Assembly: GCA_013265495.1 (NCBI GenBank)
Contig: MU058221.1
Location: forward strand, 2,852,001-2,916,000
Length of the DNA stretch: 64,000 nucleotides
Source: Vicugna vicugna
Taxonomy: Eukaryota
Reading direction: 5' to 3'
Under the pieces are notes generated by a model, which saw only the letters and a program-made list of their open reading frames with translations, did no database searches and was not told the DNA's origin. The position numbers were made by a program, and so were the translations under genes. Below are positions 26,456-39,059 of the stretch, one piece after another; position 1 is the first letter of the stretch; each line of letters starts with the position of its first letter.

Positions 26456-27459
26456 CAAAGTGTCTGTCCACTTCTGTGGCTGTACTGTCATGTCTTCTAG
26501 CCAAACTATGATCTTGTAAATTGTTCTCCTATTATCAATTCACTGGGGAGAAAAAATGAGTTTTACTTACAGATGATCCAGTCTAAAGTGTTGGCCTCAG
26601 CCAAAAGTGGGGCATTTCCCTCTTATAGCCCCACTCAGGCATGCCCGTGTACAAGAGCAGAGATGGGAATCCTCATACTGGGACTAACACAAGTGCTAAA
26701 TATGATCACGTCTCTTCTTGAAAGAGACCCCTGTGCTATGGCTCTGTATCCCTTCCATGGGTTGTGGGGTGGACAGTGGTTTGCAGAGATGGTCAGAGTC
26801 TTGAAATTCATGACGGTATTGGAATATCATTGACAAGGAAGTTTTGGTAAGAAGTTCATGGGTGGATGGCTTAAAACCGTCCAGAATGTGAGGATATTTG
26901 TACCTCAAGAGGATGCTCACCATGATTACCACGGCTCTCAGTCATCATGTGAACAAGATAATTGTCTCTCTTGGTATTATTCAGCCACCATACTCTGCTC
27001 TCTGCATTTACTCAGTGGACTTATGGATGAAGGTGGCTGTGGTGACCGTGAGGAGAGTTAAGCATAGCCTCAAAGGTGGCTTTCTCTGAGCGTTCATCTG
27101 CGAGCAGCAAAAATTAGTTCCATCGCAGTAGAGAATCATATCCCAAAGCCCTTAACTGGCGACTCATGTCAGGTCAATTGCATGAGCCCTCTTCCGGCTG
27201 GAAGAGAAGGTGGTTTATCTTCACTAGAGTAGGTAGTGAGCTCTGCACCCTGCAGGAATACGGATCTGTCTTCCCGCATGCTTTATGTAATGGTTCTCTG
27301 TGTGGGTTTAACAGTTCCCTGCTCACTGTCATGAAATTCCCCGTAACATGGTTTCTAACCAGCAACCCACTTTACAACCTATCAGGGATACTGAGATCTG
27401 CTCTTACGGGATCCGGAGAAGCCAGAGCTGGAAACGCATGAAGTCAAGAGTGGGAAGAG

Positions 27460-27680
27460 ATAATGTGGTGTTGTGGAAAGAACTTGACTCTCAGAGCCCA
27501 AGAAAGTGAGTTGGTGTCTGATTTCTACAATTTTTTTAGTCTTTGACTCCTGGTAAATTATATATCCTCTATGGGCTTGAGTTTACTTCTCTGTAAAATA
27601 TGTAAATAATAAGTAATTCATGAGATTGTTGTGAGAATTAAACAAAATACACGTGTTAAAAGATTTACCATATAGAAGAT
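27460..27680 (+). mobile_element. MIR SINE
   Basis: tgtggtgttgtggaaagaac..ggcttgagtttacttctctgtaaaat..gattgttgtgagaattaaa. Confidence 0.8.
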
Positions 27681-28085
27681 AATTTTTAATAATTTAAAAC
27701 AGAGCAAGTTGTAAGTATTCAAACTCTTCTCAACATTCAATGAATAGCAGAGATAAGTTTTTTTTCTACATAGGTCTCATTGCTTTTATTGTCAACATAT
27801 ATTTATCAAGCCCTTAATACATTCAAGGCATTGTGATTTTATCCAGAAACAGAAAAACAGACACTCTCTGCAAATTTGCGCCTGTGTATTTATTTCTTTT
27901 ATTTTATCCCTCCTCTTCTACATAATGTGTGTTTGCAGAACTTAAATAGTTCACCGCGTTGTGAATACAAATGAAATTACATCAATAGTAGTAATTTAAA
28001 TTTCATTGTTTTTTGCTCCCATGGCATACTGCAAGGACTCGGTGACTCTTTGGGTATTAAACTTTTCAAATTCAAAAAATATGGA

Positions 28086-28335
28086 ACTGGAAGTTTGGGA
28101 TTTGCAGATACTAACTACTATATGTGAAATAGATAAACAACAGGATCCTACTGTGTAGCACAGGGAACTGTATTCAATACCTCATAATGGCTGATAATGA
28201 AAAAGAATATGAAAAGGAATATATATATATGTATAACTGAATCACTATGCTGTACACCTGAAATTTACATTTTTACAACATTGTACAAATGTATGATGGC
28301 TTTACAACATTACAAAGCAACTGTACTTCAATTAT
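28086..28335 (+). mobile_element. Camelid-type L1 3' fragment
   Basis: L1 3' UTR. Imperfect TSD aaaaaatatgga (28074-28085) / aaaaagtatgga (28336-28347). Confidence 0.9.
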
Positions 28336-28602
28336 AAAAAGTATGGACACTTCAAAATTTTTTGGTGAGTTTCAAATACATATTTGAAATTCGAGAGTGA
28401 AAAATTAATTTATTTTGTTCTCTTGCTTTGTTTCGGGTCCTCTCCTAGCTGAGAGTTAGTTGGAAACCTGGCAAAATAAATGGGGAAAGGTGGAGGAGTA
28501 GGAAAAAAATGGGGAGAAAACACAAAATTACATATACTCATGTAATCTCTATTATGTCCACTATACATAGAGAGACGGCAAAACACAGACACTTAAACAG
28601 AA

Positions 28603-28628
28603 ATATATATATATATATATATATATAT
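28603..28628 (+). repeat. (AT)n microsatellite
   Basis: About 13 AT units. Confidence 0.95.
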
Positions 28629-28689
28629 GATACAGCAAGTATTTGCAGTAAAGTATTTAGAAATAGACTTTTCAAGAAGACTAAATTTA

Positions 28690-28872
28690 GGGAAATATAT
28701 TCAGTATCTTACAGTAGCTCACAGTGAAAAAGAATATGAAAATGAATGTACGTATGTTCATGTATGACTGAAGCATTGTGCTGTGCACCAGAAATTGACA
28801 CAACATTGTAAACTGACTATACCTCAATTAAAAAAAAAAACCAATGAATTAAAAAAAAATTTTTAAAAAAAG
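28690..28872 (+). mobile_element. Camelid-type L1 3' fragment
   Basis: Perfect 14-bp TSD gaagactaaattta at 28676-28689 and 28873-28886, with an A-rich tail. Confidence 0.93.
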
Positions 28873-29457
28873 GAAGACTAAATTTAAATTTTTCTAGTAG
28901 TTTCTATGGATAAAGAAAGCAAATCGCGTTGAAATGCGTCTTTTTGTTTTGGAAATGGCCACCGGCATAGCTGTATGGTCATTCAATAGAGAACGAATAT
29001 TGTATTCGTTTTTTCATAGTCAAGATTCTACACGGTGGATTGATGCCAAGTACGAATCCTTCAGCTGGAGTGTTAAGTGTTCTCTTCATAAAGGACTTCT
29101 CCAGGATGAAGTCTGAACCTCTACACTGGAGAGGCTTTTTGAGTCTCTGTTGGTGATGGAGGGCAGGGCTTTTATCTCCCCTACAGAAGGAATTTGACAG
29201 CAAAGAAGAGCTTCACATAGAAAGTTTACGGCCTTAGTGCCCTGTTATGAACTGTGGCGAAACCTTGCAGTGAACCCGGGAAGAGAGAGAACGCTGTGGT
29301 GAGAAGATGAACCACGGGCAGGAGACTCAGAGAAAAGAGCAGTTTAGGGCAGGGCCCACCGATGACGGCGGTTAAGAAGCCGGATGAACACAGGGAGCAA
29401 GCAAATGTCCTTTTGATGATCCTCAGAAACCACAGGGAAGCATTCTGATGGAGGGCT

Positions 29458-29550
29458 CGGGTCCACCAAACTCATCCGTCTGCCCAGGACTTTCTCAATG
29501 TCAGCACTGAACGTTCTGCATCCCAGAAAAACCCTCAGCCTCGGTCCCCC
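29458..29550 (+). mobile_element. MER81-like hAT MITE fragment
   Basis: gtctgcccaggactttctcaatgtcagcactgaacgttctgcatcccagaaaaaccctcag resembles MER81. Confidence 0.7.
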
Positions 29551-30284
29551 CACCTCCTGTAGATTCCCTGAAATGCTTGCTGGAGGCTGGAGCCCCCCAG
29601 ATGACTCTTCCCTGCACCAGGCTGAGGGTCACTTACGTACTGATGGGTAAAGCTCGGTGGGTGGCCTTGGGGCTGGAGTGCAGAAGCCCTCGAATTTTAG
29701 GCAAAGGAGAACGTATGCTGTTCTGCGGGGACCCGGTGCTATTCTAGGACGTCATGTTATCAGGTGTGCAATTAGAGGGAAGCGGGAAGGCGGAGGGGCC
29801 AGCAAAGAGCCAGGCAGAGAAGTGGGCTTACGTTAAGGTGGCAGTAGGAATACGAACATTTTTAAAAAGGGCGAGTTGGATGAAAGCACTTAGACAAAGT
29901 GAAGGAAACATAACATAAATTCCCTTTCCCTTTTTATTCTAAAAAAAAAAAAAAACCCAAAACACAGGACTGGAGGCAGGTAAGCATCGTCATGTAAAGT
30001 CCTGTAACTTCAGGTTACATGACAGGTGGTCCCATTTAAAGACGTAGTGTAAGGCTTCGGGGATCTTTCAGGATACGACCTTGTATTATGATGCCATTAA
30101 AGGGCACCAGCCAGCCCTAGCCGCTCATGAGCTTCCTTTGCCAACAATCCCTTGGAAAGCGAACATTTTCTTTGCGTGTGTACGTTGGTGGTGGTTGAAC
30201 GTCACCTGGCCGGTTAGAGCAGAAGAGAGCAGCAGCACATTTGACATGCATTTCTGGGCCAGAAAATCTCCTCGCATGTTCAGA

Positions 30285-30408
30285 AACACACAGCAGACAC
30301 TGCATTCTGCCCTCACACACAACTACACACTCACACACACACAGGCACAGACTCTCACACAGTCATACACACACACACACAAGTTCCCACACGTTCATAC
30401 ACACACCT
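30285..30408 (+). repeat. Imperfect (CA)n-rich tract
   Basis: Interrupted CA runs. Confidence 0.85.
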
Positions 30409-32774
30409 CTGTGTCTTTATCAAAATCAAGCTGGCTGGGAGCACAGATTTGAAAAGGAAACAGAAAGTAGAAAGAAAAAAGTCACCTTTGCTTTGCTGAA
30501 TTTATACGAAACCCTTTTGAGAAGGGTATTGATTTATCATCAGGTAAATAATTTCATCTCCCAGCAAATCCTGTTGCCCCTGTAGCAATTACCAAGGGAA
30601 CTTCTATCTAATGGCCCCTTGGAGGTGGCAGGTGGCAAGATACCAGCTCCCGTGATCAAAGGGGGACACCTGACCCTTTAGCAGCTAATCACATCGTGAG
30701 GCAACTGACTCTCCGGGTGCCCCTGCTAAAGAGAAAATTATCAGTTTAAGCCTTGGGCAGGGACTGTCCTGCTGCCTTCGAGGAAGGGACAAAGGTTGGG
30801 GACAGGGAAAAGAAAAAGATACTGAGCCCAGTGGGCTCTGCATTAAATTGATGATTCTGGTGTGAGCGTGGAGTAGAAATAAGAATTTATACATAGGTGT
30901 AAATATGAATGCAGCTTTATGTATCTCTCTCTCTCCATACATAGGAATGTAGCTGTAAATGCAAAGACAGATTACTCTGTAGAAGGTAGAGGAGGAAGAC
31001 CCTGGTGGAGGGCTGGGGCAGGTTTACCTGTGTTCTGAGTGTAGGGCATGTGTTTTGTTTGGGGACTGTTAAGAGTTAACAGTCTTAGGTGAGTTAAAAA
31101 ACAGTGAGATGGAAAGGGATTTCAGAGCTGCTGTTTGCCAGATACAGAAATCAGCGCCCAGAGAGATGAGGAACGTCCACAGCCCACGTTAGTGGTCTAC
31201 ACGCCAATCTAACAACACAGCGAAATAATCCGTCTGCACAGGGAGGAGCTGGGTGCCACCCACAACGCTCTGAGAGGAAGGTCAGGGGCTGAAGGACATC
31301 CTTTTAGCCCACCGGAGACCCCTCTTATCATCAGCGGTGGACCTGCTGTTCCGTTCATGTTCCCTAAGGAGCGCAGCGCGGGACGTGAGGAGGGGGAACT
31401 TCTACAAGGTCTGGGACGCCCCCCACTGCTGTTACTGGTGTTAACCGCCCCCCGAGTTCTTCTGACCACAGAGAGCCACGTGTGGACACCGGGCGTGCAC
31501 TTCCACGACCGCCCTGTTCCTGGAATGCGCCTTGGAGCCCGCAGCTTGGAGGGAGGCACATAAATGTGGGACTGCTGTTAAGATGGTATAAACGACAGGG
31601 TTCTGGGAAGGTCACAGCTCGGAGGGAGGGCGGTGCAGTCATCCCGCAGCGGCCAGAAGGCTCCGTTTACCCGCTGGCGGGTTTTCTCTCCTGGCCCCCC
31701 AGCTCCCCTCCAACGGTCGAGTGATTACAAACGCTTGAGGCACATCCTCTTCACTGCGCCTTCCCTCCGGGGCCAGTTTTGTAAATAGAACTGACAGATC
31801 CCCGGCATTTTTCCTTTAAGGTCTGTCTCATCTGACCGACGTCAAAGGTCTCACTGTGATATTCTTGTCACACTGCCTTTCTTCCCCCAAACCTGTAATT
31901 TTGAAACCAATGGTCTGAGTTTGAGGTTTATCTGGAACCTCAAAGAAGGTTTAAATGCCTAGTTGCTTAGAATATTAGTGAATACTAATAGTAATATGCT
32001 ATTTCTCTCCCCTCCGCATCCCACCAGGGAACTTGCATGCTCCCCATTTAAGCCAAAGGACTGACTCTCTAAGGATGGAATTTTAGGCAGCATTCAGTTC
32101 CGGTAAAGGAGATATTTTCAGGCAAGAAGACATCCAAGGATGCTGTAAATCATACCAATTTTTTTATAGTGTGTACTGTGTTTTTTACCTTCCCCAGGTG
32201 CTTGACATAGAACCTACCTGCCTTGAGAGCCACTTGATGGCAGGGCACAAGGGTGGGACATGAGGCTTTGGAGCCTTCTGCACTGCAACCTGAATATGGT
32301 ACCCTCTCTGTCTGCAGCAAGGGCTGGCCTTGTCTCTTTCCTGTTCTCCAAAGACTGGCTCCAGAAAGGAAAGGAGAGCACCCGCGCTGGAGAGGGGTTC
32401 CTCGGGAGGACAGAAAAGGCAGGAGAAAGGAGTGGTCCCAGCCCGCGAGCTCCCTCTGCTGGCCTGGCCATGGCCACGCAGTAGAGGAGGGGCCGCCTGA
32501 GCCGAAGGACTTCTGCCCTGTGCGCCCCACCATGCTGCTTCTTGGGGGGTAAGAGGAGAAGCCGGGGGCGTAGGCACCCCTCTTAGAGGGGATGTGGTTT
32601 AGGACTGACTAAATAGGAAAGGACTGTCTGTCCCATTTGAGTCTTTTAGGAAGTTGTTCTCAAGGGTTGTCATTCCAGTCAATAATGTCATCAAAATAAG
32701 CCCTGTGCACAGGTGACATAAAGAGATACCCAAACGGAGTAGGTCCTGAGGGTGCACTCATAGCGGTGGTAGCG

Positions 32775-33055
32775 ATAATTCGCACTTACTAAGCACTTTA
32801 TATACATATATACGTGCACATGTTTCCGTGGGCATATAAATACACACACGTACACAGATGTATATGCACACTTTTAAGTACATAACATTTTACTCTGCAG
32901 AAAAGCCTAGAATAGTGAGTTGTGTTACCCTCCTTTTGCAGGTAAATATCCTGAGGGTTAGTGGTTGGTCCAGGGCCACTCCAAGAGTGTCAGAACTAGC
33001 ATTGGAACCCAGGTCTGTTAATTTCCGAGTTCAAACCTTGTCTTTTCTGCATTGT
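32775..33055 (-). mobile_element. MIR SINE with TA/CA-rich insert
   Basis: ccttttgcaggtaaatatcctgagggttagtggttggtccagggccac..ggaacccaggtctgt. Confidence 0.7.
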
Positions 33056-33149
33056 CCTTCAGACAGACCTTGTGAGCACAGGCGGATCCCACGACAGCTC
33101 ATCGACCGCAGCTAAAGCGAAGCTAGTCCTCCGCACAGGAGGGAGGACG

Positions 33150-33290
33150 CCTTCCGTGCAGGCGGCGCACGGAGAACTTTTGCATGTCCTATTTAACCAT
33201 CCCAGCAGCCCAGTCAGGTATCTGTTATTGACTTCTTTTTCTAGATGGAGGAGTGGCAGTCCGAAGAGCTTCCAAATTAATTCAGCGGGC
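33150..33290 (-). mobile_element. MIR fragment
   Basis: tttgcatgtcctatttaaccatcccagcagcccagtcaggta..ttttctagatggagg. Confidence 0.55.
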
Positions 33291-34726
33291 GAGATGCATA
33301 GAAATAAGGGCAGACACTCCAGGAAGGCTCACTGCATGCGATGCTCACTTTTTCAAATTATCCGTCCCTGAGAGGGGCGGGTTCTGAGCCGGCTCTGGCA
33401 GGTAGTTTGAAGCATTGTTCTCGGAAATGCATACATTGTATTCACAAGGAAGAAACTCTGCTGACACATCATTACGAGTGATCCGGTTACTAAAATGCTC
33501 ACCAGAACGAGGGCCATTGGGACGCAGATGTTTGACTGAGGGAGAACTAAACTAAGACACAATCATCTCAAGATAAAGAAGAAAGAAATATTATGAAAGT
33601 CACTGCAACGCATCTTTGCTCATTTAAGTATTTGTTGACTTGACACCGCTGTGGATATTCAGTTAGTTGCTCAGTGCTTGTGTTCGCAGAGGGCCCAGTT
33701 CACGGGGAGCGGGAACTACACGAGGCACCGCAACAGCGCTTTGCGCACAGAGAGCTTCTCCACCAGCGTTATGTTTGCCTGGGGCTTAAAATAACATGAC
33801 TTCCTTCCCTGCTTTATTCTCATAATGGTGTCAGTGCATTTTGAAATGATAGCTCACTGGGGTTTCCGACTGGCCCCTGAGTTTCTCTAGGCAAGTGTTT
33901 AACGGTGCACTAAACCCCTGGCCTCCTTGGCAAAAATAAATGTGCACACAGACACCCCCCCAAGTGTCATCAGGGAACACGGCACGGTACCTCCTCCAGC
34001 CCTCTCAGGCATTTACAATGTTCGTGATCTCACTGGAAGTTCTGAGAAATCCTGACGTTGAGAAACCCATTTCCCAAAGTTATTGATTTCAGGCCCCTTC
34101 AGATGGTCCCACTGGAGGAAAACTGCCTGGTCTGAGTATTATCAAGGCCCACGATCCCAGAGGACTCCGAGCTCACTTTTCTGTTTAATAAGACGTTACT
34201 TCTCTTCTCTCAATCATCTGATGGTTATCCCCACGGGATGGATTTTTACCAAAAATTTAGACCTACACCTGGCCAAGAGCCTACACCTGCTTGCTTTTGC
34301 TTTTGTAAACTGGTTACCTTTACCCTTGTTTTTGCTTAACTTCGCTTTGAACGCCTGTGTATCAGTCAGGGAGCTGGCTCCAGATGTTGGGTGTGATATT
34401 GTGGGTTCCGCGTTTGAGGTTTCTCCTGGCTCTTTTCCCAACCCCTTGCGGACTGCCTTCCTCAGGATTCCTTACGTTCTCTCACTTACGTTTCTGCTCC
34501 TACTGATTTACAAGTATTGCATAAAATTCTGTTATTGCAGCGAGCAGGCTTACAGTTTTAACATGCACAAGGTCCTTTCATGATTAACTACAGTTAATCA
34601 ACATCATCTCTTTGCACTGAACTCAGAAATTTGGGTTTTAATTTAATCATCTCCATCCTGTATCACACATTATTTCCTAGTCAACAGGTTTTTTTTTAGA
34701 TTTACACATACATTTTATAACTTTTT

Positions 34727-35228
34727 TTAAACCAAGTTCAAGTTGGTACTGCTTGCTGCATGTCAGGTCAATAAATCAAGAGATGAGGTGTTGGGGCAAG
34801 GAATACAGTGACTTTATTCCGAAAGCCAGCACACTGAGAAGATGATGGACTGATGTCCCAAAGAACCATCTCACCGAAGTCAGGATTTGGGCTTCTTATA
34901 GACTAAAAGGGGGGCGGGGTGTGGTTGGTTGGTGCACACTTCTTGGTGTTGGAATCCTTTGTTCTTGCAGCTGTCCACCTAGGCCAGGTCATGCTGTTCT
35001 TGTAAACTTCCAACAAGGCAATTGTTACCCTCTGCTCTGCAACTTTTTATCTCTGTATGAATGATGGAGCAGCGTTACCCTCTTGAAGGTCAGAGCCTAG
35101 AGAATGGGCTGTCCTGTGTGTTTCAGGCTATAGGCAACATTCTTGACTTGTAGCAAAAACAGTAGAACACAAAGGTTAAATTAAAAGAAACATCTTATGT
35201 GGGGTCAGATTTGTTCCTCCCTGTTACA
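34727..35228 (-). mobile_element. ERV1 solo LTR, MER41-like
   Basis: caataaatcaagagatgaggtgttggggcaaggaata..gactttattccgaaagccagc..cccaaagaaccatct..ccctgttaca, similar to ungulate MER41-type LTRs. Confidence 0.8.
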
Positions 35229-35302
35229 ATTTCAATGATCCTCTTTCCCTCTGGTGTTTTAGTTCTTCTGATTCAGTGTTTAATTTCCTTCTCAATATAC
35301 AT

Positions 35303-35433
35303 CCTTTTTCTTTTAATTGAAGTAGAGTCAATTGCAACGTGTCAGTCTCTGGTGTACAGCACAGTGTCCCTGTCACACACATACATACATATATTTGTTT
35401 TCATATTTTTTTCCATTAAAGATTATTACAAGA
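35303..35433 (-). mobile_element. Camelid-type L1 3' fragment
   Basis: TSD tcaatatacat at 35292-35302 and 35434-35444. Confidence 0.9.
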
Positions 35434-35624
35434 TCAATATACATTTTTATAAGTCACTTAATGAAGATTATTACTTGAAAACTTAGTTTTCTCCTGGTAA
35501 ATTTACACTGGGAATTATTGTCTCTCAATATTTTGAAAGAATATTTTATTGTCTTTCAGCTCATGTGGCTGCTGTTGAGCTGCTGCAATTGTAACTTCGT
35601 TCCAGAAACATCTACATGTAGGAA

Positions 35625-36195
35625 CAGAATTCTAGTAAGTCTTCCAAGATTCCCAGCCCTGCTGTACACACATTGTGTTACCCCTGCCCTTGGGCTCCAC
35701 AGGTTCTGGGACCAGGATGGGATAACACTCTGATCATTAGGGTTACCTTCCATGGTAAAGTTGAAGGAATTTTGCAAACACGATTAAGGTGACAAGTAGG
35801 GTAATTTTAAGGTAAAGAAAAGGGAGATTAATCCTATGTGAGAAGAACTGAGTGAAGTGAAAGTCCACAAAAGATGTACTGGAACCTTCTGAAGAGAGAG
35901 ATACCCTTCTGTTGGCCTGAATGAAGCAAAAAGCCATTTGTGAACTGGCTATGGTGAGCTGAGGCCCGCAGTCCTGTAGCTGGATGGAACTGAATTCTGC
36001 AGACAGCATGAATGAACTTGAAGGAGGACCCCAAGATCCAGGTGAGGAGACCCCTTGCTGACAACTTAATTGCATCCTTCTGAGACCTAACCAAAAGATA
36101 AAGTTAGGCTTTGCCCGACCCGTAGCCATAGAAACTGTGAGATGCTGTGAGCTGTTCACGGTCATTTGTTACTTTGCAATTTAAAAAATGAATAA
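35625..36195 (+). mobile_element. MaLR solo LTR, MLT1E-like
   Basis: gaattttgcaaacacgattaaggt..ggaactgaattctgc..gaatgaacttgaag..tgcatccttctgagacc..agaaactgtgagat. Confidence 0.8.
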
Positions 36196-36900
36196 ATTAC
36201 ATTTTCTTTCTTGCACCTTGAAAATCTTCTTTTTTGAAATAATGTTCTGCAGTTTCATTACAAATGCCTAAATGTGGACCTGGTTGTATTTGTTTTATTT
36301 GAACATATTGTACTTCCTGAATCTGAGTACTTCTATTTTCCATAAATTATGAAAAGGCTCAGCCATTTTCAAATATGATATCTTCTTTATTCTTATTCTT
36401 TTTTTCCTGAACATTAGGCATTTTAAACCTTCTCATTGTAGTCTCTGTTCCTCTTAATATCATTTTTATTTGCCTCGTTTTATCATTCTAACTTATTCTG
36501 GGTACATTTTTTAAATCTAATATCCAGTTTACTAAATCTTCAGCTTGTGCTAATGCAATATTTAAGGAATTCATTAATGTTTTAAAATTTCAAAGACTTT
36601 GTTTTTTATTTCTAGAAATTCTAATAGGTGCGTTTTCCAAGTATGCCTATCTACCTAATGGTGGATTTTTTTCCTTTATCTTTTATGTCCTGCTTTAATT
36701 TATTAAATCATTGTAAATGTAATTATTGTATATTCTGTATCTGGTAATTACTTACGATTTTTTTTCAAGTTTATTTTTACTCAGTGTAGCTTCTGTCTAC
36801 TCATTTATGTTGGTTTGTTGATGGGGTTTTAGTTTTGTACTTTGAACTCGTGTTGGATGGTATTTAGCTTGGAGAATCTTAAGTGCTCTAGACCAAATGT
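36196..36900 (-). mobile_element. Old L1ME-type fragments
   Basis: T-rich antisense L1 (tctgcagtttcattacaaatgcctaaatgtgga; tttctagaaattctaat). Interrupted by the MLT1 LTR. Confidence 0.6.
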
Positions 36901-36924
36901 GACCTGATTGATTTGTGTTTGTTT

Positions 36925-37390
36925 CTTTTTTTTTTTTAAACACCTTTATTGTGGTATGGTTCCTGTAGAGTAAACTATACATATTTCAAATGTACAATTT
37001 GATGAATTTTGATAGATGTATACACCAGTGAGACCACCACCACAATCAAGATTGCTAACATTTCCATCCCTCCCCAAGAGGTGCAATTTTTGAATTCCCA
37101 ATTTATCCCTTCCCACCTCCTCTATCTCCTGGTAACCACAGGTTATTTATCTATGTCTGTGAGTCTGTTTCTGTTTTGTAGATAAGTTCATTTGTGTCCT
37201 TTTATTAGATTCCACATACAAGCAATATCATATGGTATTTTTCTTTCTCTTTCTGGATTCCTTCACTTAGAATGACAATCTCCACGTCCATCTACATTGC
37301 TGAAAATGGCATTATTTTATTATTTTTTATGGCTTAGTAGTATTCCATTGTATAAATATACCACAACTTTTTTATCCAGTCATCTGCCTA
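36925..37390 (-). mobile_element. L1 3' end with chimeric terminus, copy 1
   Basis: T-tract, old L1MB/MC-like terminus (36940-37080), then camelid L1 3' UTR and ORF2 end. Confidence 0.88.
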
Positions 37391-37989
37391 GGTTGCTTTG
37401 GTCTCTTTTTATGTGACAATTCAGTGTGTTGGATCCTTAATCATGCACTTAGGCGAGGGAAGTCAGGCCTGGGTTTATAACTTCCCTGGAGAAAATGATA
37501 TTATTTGATTTTTCCTTATTAGAGTCTGAGTTAAGATCTTCAAGCTCCCTTCTCCCCTCTGTCTATGTTGAGATCGCATTTCTCATTCTGTGTGTCAAGC
37601 ATGCTGGTTTACAGCGTCCTACTTCTACCTCCCCATTTCACACAAAAACTAGTATTTATCTCCTGTCATTTTGAGGCCATTTAAACTAAACCTCTTGGTG
37701 GCATATGGAGCTGGGTGCATGTCCTTGGAGCAGCCAGAGCTGTAGTTTGACCACTCTGGTTTCCATTCTCCTTTGAATGATGGCTCTGAGACAGTTCCCT
37801 AGTTTTCCTATTTCCTCAGATCTTCATTTTAAAGTAGTTCTGTTTCTTTAGCATTTCAGTTATTTTTAGAGAAAAGAAACTTTTTTCTAATGATCCATTT
37901 GCTATTCTTTTTTTTTTTTTGGAAACAGATTTTTAGGCCACTTAGACTAATGTATGATTCCATCTTTGAGTTCTCTTACTTCTAGTGAT

Positions 37990-38240
37990 GCCACCATTTA
38001 TTGAAATTCGGTGTGTGGCAGGTGGTTTGCTAAACATTTTCATGCATTATTTGACTTCACTTACAAAAAACTCACTGATTTAAAAAATTATTTACAATTT
38101 ATAGAGAAGACAAATGAATCTCTGAGAGGTAAAGGAACCTACATTATGTTCACGTGCTAATGAAACAGTTGCAAAATCAGAATGCAAATCAAGTTTTGTT
38201 TTGTTTTTAACTTCACAGCCCATTTGTTTCTACTGCATGT
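37990..38240 (-). mobile_element. MIR SINE
   Basis: ccatttattga..tgtgtggcagg..gctaaacattttcatgcattatt..tctgagaggtaaaggaacct. Confidence 0.7.
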
Positions 38241-39059
38241 TATTTCCTCTCAGTAACTTTGGTACCAAATTGTTACTCAGTTTATTCTTAATTGCTGATG
38301 ATGCCAGGCTCCCTGTTTCTCCAGATAACTCATTCCATATGGATGATAATTAATATACTGTTAAGCTCCTATTGGTAATCCTTCCTTCCTCAACTATTGG
38401 GGAGTCAAAATGCATTTTCAGGTTTTTGTTTTAGTTTGAAACTTTGAGTTCATACCATGCGAACACTTTAATATTCCAGACCTGTTGAATCTTTTTTACT
38501 TCTTCTTTCATTCCTCATATAAAATTTTTATGATTTCCTTTTCCTCCTTCTGGTCATTCTCCTTTAAATGAGTCCCAGTTAATCTGATATCACTTGAAGA
38601 AAAATGTGTCAAGAACTGAATATGATTCCCTAGGTATGAGCTGAAGAGTGATGTGTGGATTTGACTGACATTTCTTGAATCTAAGCTCCTTTAGTCACCA
38701 TGTGGGAGGACTCTTTTAGAAAATTACATTTACCACTCTTTTTTTTTTCTACATTTAGTCTGTATCTCTGTTTTCTTCCCCAATGGAGCCAGCTCATATT
38801 CCAAAGTTCACCAATAAATTGCATGTCTTATAGCTAGAGACTATCTGTGCCTTATTGAGACATTTTAACATTTTGGTAGATAAATGGCAAGACAAACTTT
38901 GGATGAATGTCATGCTAAAATTATGATTTGTTCTATGATGCAAAGTTGTGGCTTAATCTGTCATTTGTTTATGTCAGGGTAGATTAAGACCGTCTTTGAG
39001 TCGAAGCTTGGCTCTGGGTTATTAGCAAAGAAGGAGATGGCAGAGAGGACCCCTGAGGT

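Larger units (their letters stand above)
24583..27440 (+). mobile_element. ERVL internal remnant (gag, RNase H, integrase), interrupted
   Basis: Gag-like sequence about 25500-25900. RNase H-like 26560-26930 (tacagatg..caaaagtgg..gtggtttgcagagatggtcag..gacaaggaagttttggtaagaag..gatatttgt..atgctcacc). Integrase core 27165-27380 (decayed QVDYIGPLP..GFAFP..HGIP..SDQGTHFT-like). No intact ORF. Confidence 0.75.

Noticed and set aside
31200..32580. GC/CpG-richer zone as a CpG-island promoter
   Set aside because: CpG density looks only moderately raised, similar patches recur across the window, and there is no clear first exon.
32925..32947. Recursive-splice-like motif ccctccttttgcag|gtaaat
   Set aside because: Derived from the antisense MIR core, and no host transcript is established.
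34083..34583. 166-aa hydrophobic ORF
   Set aside because: Non-ATG start, no recognisable family, and hydrophobicity explained by T-rich sequence.
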